Source: Lytechinus pictus
Taxonomy: Eukaryota
Reading direction: 5' to 3'
Assembly (NCBI RefSeq): GCF_037042905.1
Contig: NC_087252.1
Span: 15,874,001 to 15,938,000, forward strand
Length of the DNA: 64,000 bases
Made by a program: the position numbers and the translations under genes. The notes under the pieces are model-generated. The model worked only from the letters and a program-made list of their open reading frames with translations, had not been told where the DNA came from and searched no databases. Positions 56,932-64,000 of the stretch are shown here, piece after piece (the stretch's first letter is position 1; each line of letters starts with the position of its first letter).

Positions 56932-59532
56932 CCTTCAAGGATCTGAGCTTGTCCCAAAAAGATACATGGCATGAAATTTTAACAAGTTTAAGAGAGATTA
57001 AAGGTAAAAGTAACCTAGAAAAGAACTCCATGAAATTATGTGAGGGGTGAGGGAATATTTACATAGGAGATATCTACAAAGGGAAAAGGGGGATGAAGGA
57101 TGGATAGAGAGGGAGATAAAACTTTGGACACAAAACAAAAGAACAAGAAAGGTGAAATTAAGGCTTAGGAAAGAAAGTCCCTTGCCTGGTCCCACGTAGG
57201 GGATATAGGAAGAAGGAGTGAGATATAAAGAAAAAAAAAAGTCACAAGAGGAAAGTTGGTTAATTAATATTTAATAAGGGCCAGCCTGGAAAAAGAGGGG
57301 ATAGACAACAAAGCTAAGGAAATAATAGTTAAGAAACAGGTCATATGATATTGTATTTACTTTAGATATTGTCATTAAATGACATTTTTTATCTCTTTAT
57401 TAACCGTTTCTAGCTAAACTTCAGGATCTTTATGAGAAAAAAAATACACTCGAATTATCCGCAAAAAAAAATAAATTAATGACAAAACCTCAGATGAATA
57501 ATTAAAATCATAGGGGGCCCAGAAGAGATCGTTGAGGGACCCCACATGATACAGCTCGATGATTCGAGTCAATTCCATTATACTGATTCCGGTCAGTCAA
57601 ATAGCTTTTAATTGAACCAGCTAAGGGCGATACTCCTGACTTCATATTGAGACAGCTTTCTAATAAGTTTTTCATGGTCAACGTACAGTATAAAAAGCTT
57701 TCGAGAAATCCAAAAATATACCTATTGTATGATGTTGGTCATCTAACATTAAGCTATTTTATCTACCAAATACCTATAGTTTTTCTAAGATCAAGATGTC
57801 AGTAACGAGATATAGGTCTATAGTTTCGCCCTTTTTGTTGTAGTAAATGTAATCATTCATCGATATTCTATTTGAGCTTTGTGTTACAGCCCCATATATG
57901 TTTCTACACTTGTCCATCAAACCATGTATCATACTTTTTACTTCATTTTTTTGGTGAGCTTTAACTTACCATGTTAAGGGTAATTGCGGCATAATTCTTT
58001 TCCCTTCTCTTAAAGCCTCACTGCCTCTCTCTATTCTTTATCTTTATTGCCCTTAACCCTTTTCCTCTTTTCTATATTGTTCAGTCATTGCTTCCTCACA
58101 TGGGTGGAATTCAATCCCAGGAGGGGGGGGGGGGGTGTTCCCCTACCAAAAATAGTAAGGGGGGGGGGGACAAAATATCAAATGTCCCCTTTTGGTCTTT
58201 TATATGATGGAGAAAAATACATCATTCACAATCGAAATAATAAATGTATTTTTTACTAAATGCCCTTACATATTTGGTGATACCCTTTTTTTTTGCTTGT
58301 CAAAGTTTCCAGCCCCTGCCCCCTCTCCTTTGGGGACAGATTTCCGCCCATGCTTCCTCATTCTCCCAATCGTGGTCTCTTTTCAAGCTCCCAATTTAGT
58401 TTCTTCTTTAAGATATGAATACTCTATTCCAATTCCAACCATTCTTGCTTTTTTCATAAAATTGTATTTGCATAATATATATTTACCAGATGCAATATGT
58501 TAGTACAAATATGAATTCAAGTAAAAAAATCAGAACTTATAGCATATCCCCTCCTCCCCCTTCTCATTACTTTTTTTAATGAATTTTGTTATGAATTGAC
58601 TCGTAATAATCCACGGGCACATTATCTCTTACTTTATTTTATGTATACTCATTTCATGTTACCCTGTATACTGTTCGTCTAGAACTGATAACATGGGCTT
58701 ATTGTAATTGTTTTCCTTTTTATAAATAAAATTTATATATTCATTTATATTTATATATATATAAAATAGATTTACAGCCTGCTTCTTCTAAACTCCTTCC
58801 CATATATTATTAGAGTTTAGACCCTCTCGATGCACTCACCCCCTCCCTCCCTGTCTTTCTTTCAAGTGTGTCTCTCACTATCACAAATTTTTCTCTCATG
58901 ATACAGCCCTCTGTGGATACACAATCATATACACACACACACACACACAAGCATATCTTTAATGATACACTCACAAACACACCACACGCACGCATTCGCA
59001 AGGTTGTATAAATGTACATATTCATACGTCATGTATACACAAACACAGGCACATACTGTCACCCCCCACACACCCTTCTCTCAATCCCTTTCCCACTTTT
59101 CACAATGCACTGTAAGAATAATCAAATTCACATGATATTTTTCTTCAGCTGTATGAAACAGGTTTATTACAAAAGCATGCATCATCCTTATTATATAAAA
59201 CTCTCTTTACAACACGAAAATACCCACACAAGAAAATATGAAATGGGCAATGAGCCAGGTTCGTAATATAAGAAATGGAATAATTCTAACAAAAATGGCT
59301 TTATATGAACAACATTTAGTTTGATTGTGTTTCGACTACTGTGACTGGTAAAATCTGAAAAATTAGTTTACCTCCCCTCCAATGAAATGAAAAATGTTTC
59401 AATTTATAACACACAAATTGAACTAGTAACTCCAATCCAATTATTTACTTTCTTATTCATTTCATTTTTTAATGTTTATTTATATTTTTTTATTATGATT
59501 ACTTTTTTCTTTTGAAGGGGGTTGGGTAATAC

Positions 59533-60422
59533 AACAAGTGGAATGCCTCTGGCCGTCTCACCTGCATCACGCGATTCAATATAGCAGCAGTGCTGATTTT
59601 GAAAACTACTATAACTCGCACAAGATGTTCAGTGATACTTGGTTACTCTTATTTCCACGTTTTATGAACTAGACCAATACACTTAGAGAGATATGATGGC
59701 AATTCAACAAATACCCCCAACGTGGCCAAAGTTCTTTGACCTTAAATGACCTTTGACCTTGATCATGTGACCTGAAACTCGCACAGGATGTTCAGTGATA
59801 CTTGATTACTATTATGTCCAAGTTTTATGAACTAGACCAACACACTTTCAAATTTATGGCTGTAATTCAACAAATACCCCAATTTGGCCAAAGTTCATTG
59901 ACCCTAAATGACCTTTGACCTTGATCATGTGACCTGAAACTTGCACAGGATGTTCAGTAATACTTGATTACTATTATGTCCAAGTTTCATGAATCAGATC
60001 CATAAACCTTCAAAGTTATGATGGTAATTCAACAGATACCCCCAATTCGGCCAAAGTTCATTGACCCTAAATGACCTTTGACCTTGGTCATGTGACGTGA
60101 AACTCATGCAGGATGTTCACTGATACTTGATTAACCTTATGTATAAGTTTCATGAACTAGGTCCATATATTTTCTAAGTTATGATGACATTTCAAAAACT
60201 TAACCTTAGGTTAAGATTTTGATGTTGATTCCCCCAACATGGTCTAAGTTCATTGACCCTAAATGACCTTTGACCTTGGTCATGTGACATGAAACTCAGG
60301 CAGGATGTTCAGTAATACTTGATTAACCTTATGGCCAAGTTTCATGAACTAGGTCCATATACTTTCTAAGTTATGCTGTCATTTCAAAAACTTAACCTCA
60401 GGTTAAGATTTGGTGTTGACGC

Positions 60423-60453
<31 letters not shown>

Positions 60454-60501
60454 GGAAAAGCGGCGCCTATAGTCTCACTCTGCTATGCAGGTGAGACAAA
60501 A
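59533..60501 (+). mobile_element. Helentron/DINE-1-like element, copy 2
   Basis: Near-identical to 33386-34315, including subterminal inverted repeats, hairpin and gccgccgtc microsatellite. Confidence 0.75.
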
Positions 60502-61379
60502 ATCAAGTTATAGTTCCTGCGGTGTAAATAATACATTATAAATTGTAATACTCTACCAAGATAATACTAAAAATAAATAGTCTGGACTAAAAAATAAAAT
60601 TCACCCTACCATACTGTAGTAATTGCTCCTATCTACCTTCATTTTGGCTCGAGTTTTGAGTTGGTACACACTACCAAATCAAGCTTCCTAATAGCCAAGT
60701 TAAACCATAGTGAAGGGCTTTGAGCAGTAGTAAGATTGATAAAGTGCTATGTAAATGCAAATTATTATTATTATTGTTCTTATTATTATGATTGACCCGA
60801 GTAAGACTGGAGGAGGGTTAGGGTTAGAATTTGGGGGGGCCTTATTTAGTTCATTAGAGCAAACTTTTGATTTTAAGCACAAAGTAGCAAATTCAATTAG
60901 TCATGAGATTTAAAAAAAAAGTTGATCTTAATGTTTGTAGATTGTGCCACGGGCAACACGCATCACATCGCGTAGTGGATGGCCGAAAACACAAGCGGGT
61001 GAGCTGAATGAGCACCCGAATCTTCTTGGGCATCAAAATAGCTGTCACTTTAGAGTGGACACTACAGGACATGTTTTAAACAAGAACATGGGAATCCTAG
61101 ACAGAGAAATCAGGTGGTTTGAGAATCCAGGAGGTAGTTTACGGTTTCAGCTTTCAAACGTCTGGGGCGGGATTCTACAAAAAGTTCAAAACCGTTCTCA
61201 AACTCCCTCCCAGAGAACCAAGCAACGCTACAGTTCACTGATTTTTTTTTGGCGAAGTCACTTTTGGTTGGTGGGACATCGCAACCATAGAGGATTGTGA
61301 GTTTCTTCTAATTGGCAAATCGTCATTTTTTCAGTATAAAATTTGTAACTGACTATGTCTTATACATAATCGTCTCTTT

Positions 61380-62524
<1,145 letters not shown>

Positions 62525-64000
62525 TCAAGTATGTGTTCTAATATGATTTGTAAGATTGACCTTGGTAGAAAATCTCTTCTCACAATGAGAGCAACGATAA
62601 GGTTTTTCTCCTGTGTGCGTTCTTATGTGACAACTAAGATTACTCTTTTGAGAAAATCCTTTCCCACAAAGAGAGCAACTATAGGGTTTTTCTCCAGTAT
62701 GTGTTCTAATATGATTTGTAAGAGCGGTCTTGTGATTAAATCTCTTTTCACAATGAGAGCAATGATGAGGTTTTTCTCCAGTATGTTTTCTTATATGACT
62801 TCTAAGAGTGGACTTGTCAGCAAACCTCTTCTCACAAAGAGAGCAAATATAGGGTTTTTCTCCTGTGTGTGTTCGTATATGATGGGTAAGATCAATCTTT
62901 TTAACAAATCCCTTCTTACAATGAGTGCAAATATAGGGTTTTTCCCCTGTGTGTGTTCTTATATGATATGTAAGACTGACCTTGTTAGAAAATCTCTTGT
63001 CACAATGAGAGCAACGATAAGGTTTTTCTCCTGTGTGTGTTCTTATATGACGGGTAAGATGACTCTTTTTAGAAAATCTCTGACCACAATGAGAGCAAAT
63101 ATAGCGTTTTTCTCCTGTGTGTGTTCTTATATGACAGATAAGGTAACTTTCTTGAGAAAATCTCTGACCACAACGAGAGCAAATATAGGGTTTTTCTCCA
63201 GTGTGTGTTCTGATATGATTTGTAAGATAGGTCTTGGTAGAAAATCTCTTCTCACAATGAGAGCAATGATAAGGTTTTTCTCCTGTGTGTGTTCTTATAT
63301 GACAGGTAAGATCGCTCTTTTTAGAAAATCCTCTATCACAATGAGAGCAAATATAGGGTTTTTCTCCAGTGTGTGTTCTCATATGACTTGTAAGATTTGA
63401 CTTGGTAGAAAATCTCTTGTCACAATGAGAGCAATGATAAGGTTTGTCTCCGGTGTGTGTTCTTATATGATTTGTAAAAATGGACTTGTAAGAAAATCTC
63501 TTCTCACAATGAGGGCAAATATATGGTTTTTCTGCAGTGTGTGTTCTTATATGATAGGTGAGATCTCTCTTTTTAGAAAATCCTCTCTCACAATGAGAGC
63601 AAATATAGGGTTTTTCTCCAGTGTGTGTTCTGATATGATTTGTAAGAATGGACTTGTAAGAAAATCCTTTCTCACAATGAGTGCAAATATATGGTTTTTC
63701 TCCTGTGTGTGTTCTAATATGACGGGTAAGATCGCTTTTTTTTGCAAATCCCTTTTCACAGTGGGAGCAAATATACGGTTTTTCTCCAGTATGTGTTCTA
63801 ATATGATTTGTAAGAACGGTCTTGTGAGTAAATCTCTTTTCACAATGAGAGCAATGAAAAAGTTTTTCTCCAGAGTGTGTTTTTATATGATAGGAAAGAT
63901 GACTCTTGCTAGAAAATTCTTTCTCACAATAAGAGCATTGATAAGGTTTTTCTCCAGTATGTGTTCTAATATGATTTGTAAGAGCGGTCTTGTGATTAAA
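62525..64000 (-). CDS. ZF array D of the neighbouring paralogous ZNF gene (partial, ~17 C2H2 fingers, runs off the window)
   Basis: Frame appears open from 64000 to TGA at 62525-62527 (GGA>TGA in the linker); includes ORF 62525-63382. Confidence 0.9.
   Translation of the reverse strand, partial: FNHKTALTNHIRTHTGEKPYQCSYCEKEFSSKSHLSYHIKTHSGEKLFHCSHCEKRFTHKTVLTNHIRTHTGEKPYICSHCEKGFAKKSDLTRHIRTHTGEKPYICTHCEKGFSYKSILTNHIRTHTGEKPYICSHCERGFSKKRDLTYHIRTHTAEKPYICPHCEKRFSYKSIFTNHIRTHTGDKPYHCSHCDKRFSTKSNLTSHMRTHTGEKPYICSHCDRGFSKKSDLTCHIRTHTGEKPYHCSHCEKRFSTKTYLTNHIRTHTGEKPYICSRCGQRFSQESYLICHIRTHTGEKRYICSHCGQRFSKKSHLTRHIRTHTGEKPYRCSHCDKRFSNKVSLTYHIRTHTGEKPYICTHCKKGFVKKIDLTHHIRTHTGEKPYICSLCEKRFADKSTLRSHIRKHTGEKPHHCSHCEKRFNHKTALTNHIRTHTGEKPYSCSLCGKGFSQKSNLSCHIRTHTGEKPYRCSHCEKRFSTKVNLTNHIRTHT

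Noticed and set aside
56363..56974. Overlapping 139-144 aa ORFs
   Set aside because: Fall within a GC-rich MITE bounded by TIRs and an 8-bp TSD; no protein motif

Overview
Eukaryotic, AT-rich, intron-containing invertebrate-type genomic DNA. An echinoderm-like origin is my impression from the repeat landscape and is not proven. The window is part of a minus-strand C2H2 zinc-finger (ZNF) gene cluster packed with transposable elements. Main gene model (minus strand): a phase-1 exon at 43244-43327, then seven tandem 78-84 nt phase-1/phase-1 mini-exons (31354-32831), each encoding a psi-K-x-E (SUMO-consensus) plus acidic peptide. These are followed by three paralogous large ZF-array exons (C 23998-25175, B 17782-19244, A ~8730-12951) that all carry the same phase-1 splice acceptor but have different finger arrays. 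The three ZF exons arose by tandem triplication that did not copy the 5' exons, so they are candidate alternative terminal exons. The 3' part of a fourth ZF array (next gene) runs off the right edge. Mobile DNA includes an apparently intact Sola2-like DDD transposase ORF (37436-39328 plus a further exon), a non-autonomous Transib-like element with CACAGTG ends and a 5-bp TSD (53788-55812), a Gypsy LTR/gag/protease relic, SWIM-finger exons, an unclassified decayed transposase-like gene, tRNA-derived SINEs, Helentron/DINE-like elements, and many nested MITEs with TTAA, 8-bp or 3-bp TSDs. No CRISPR array, rRNA or genuine tRNA gene was seen. The start-codon exon and promoter of the ZNF gene were not located.
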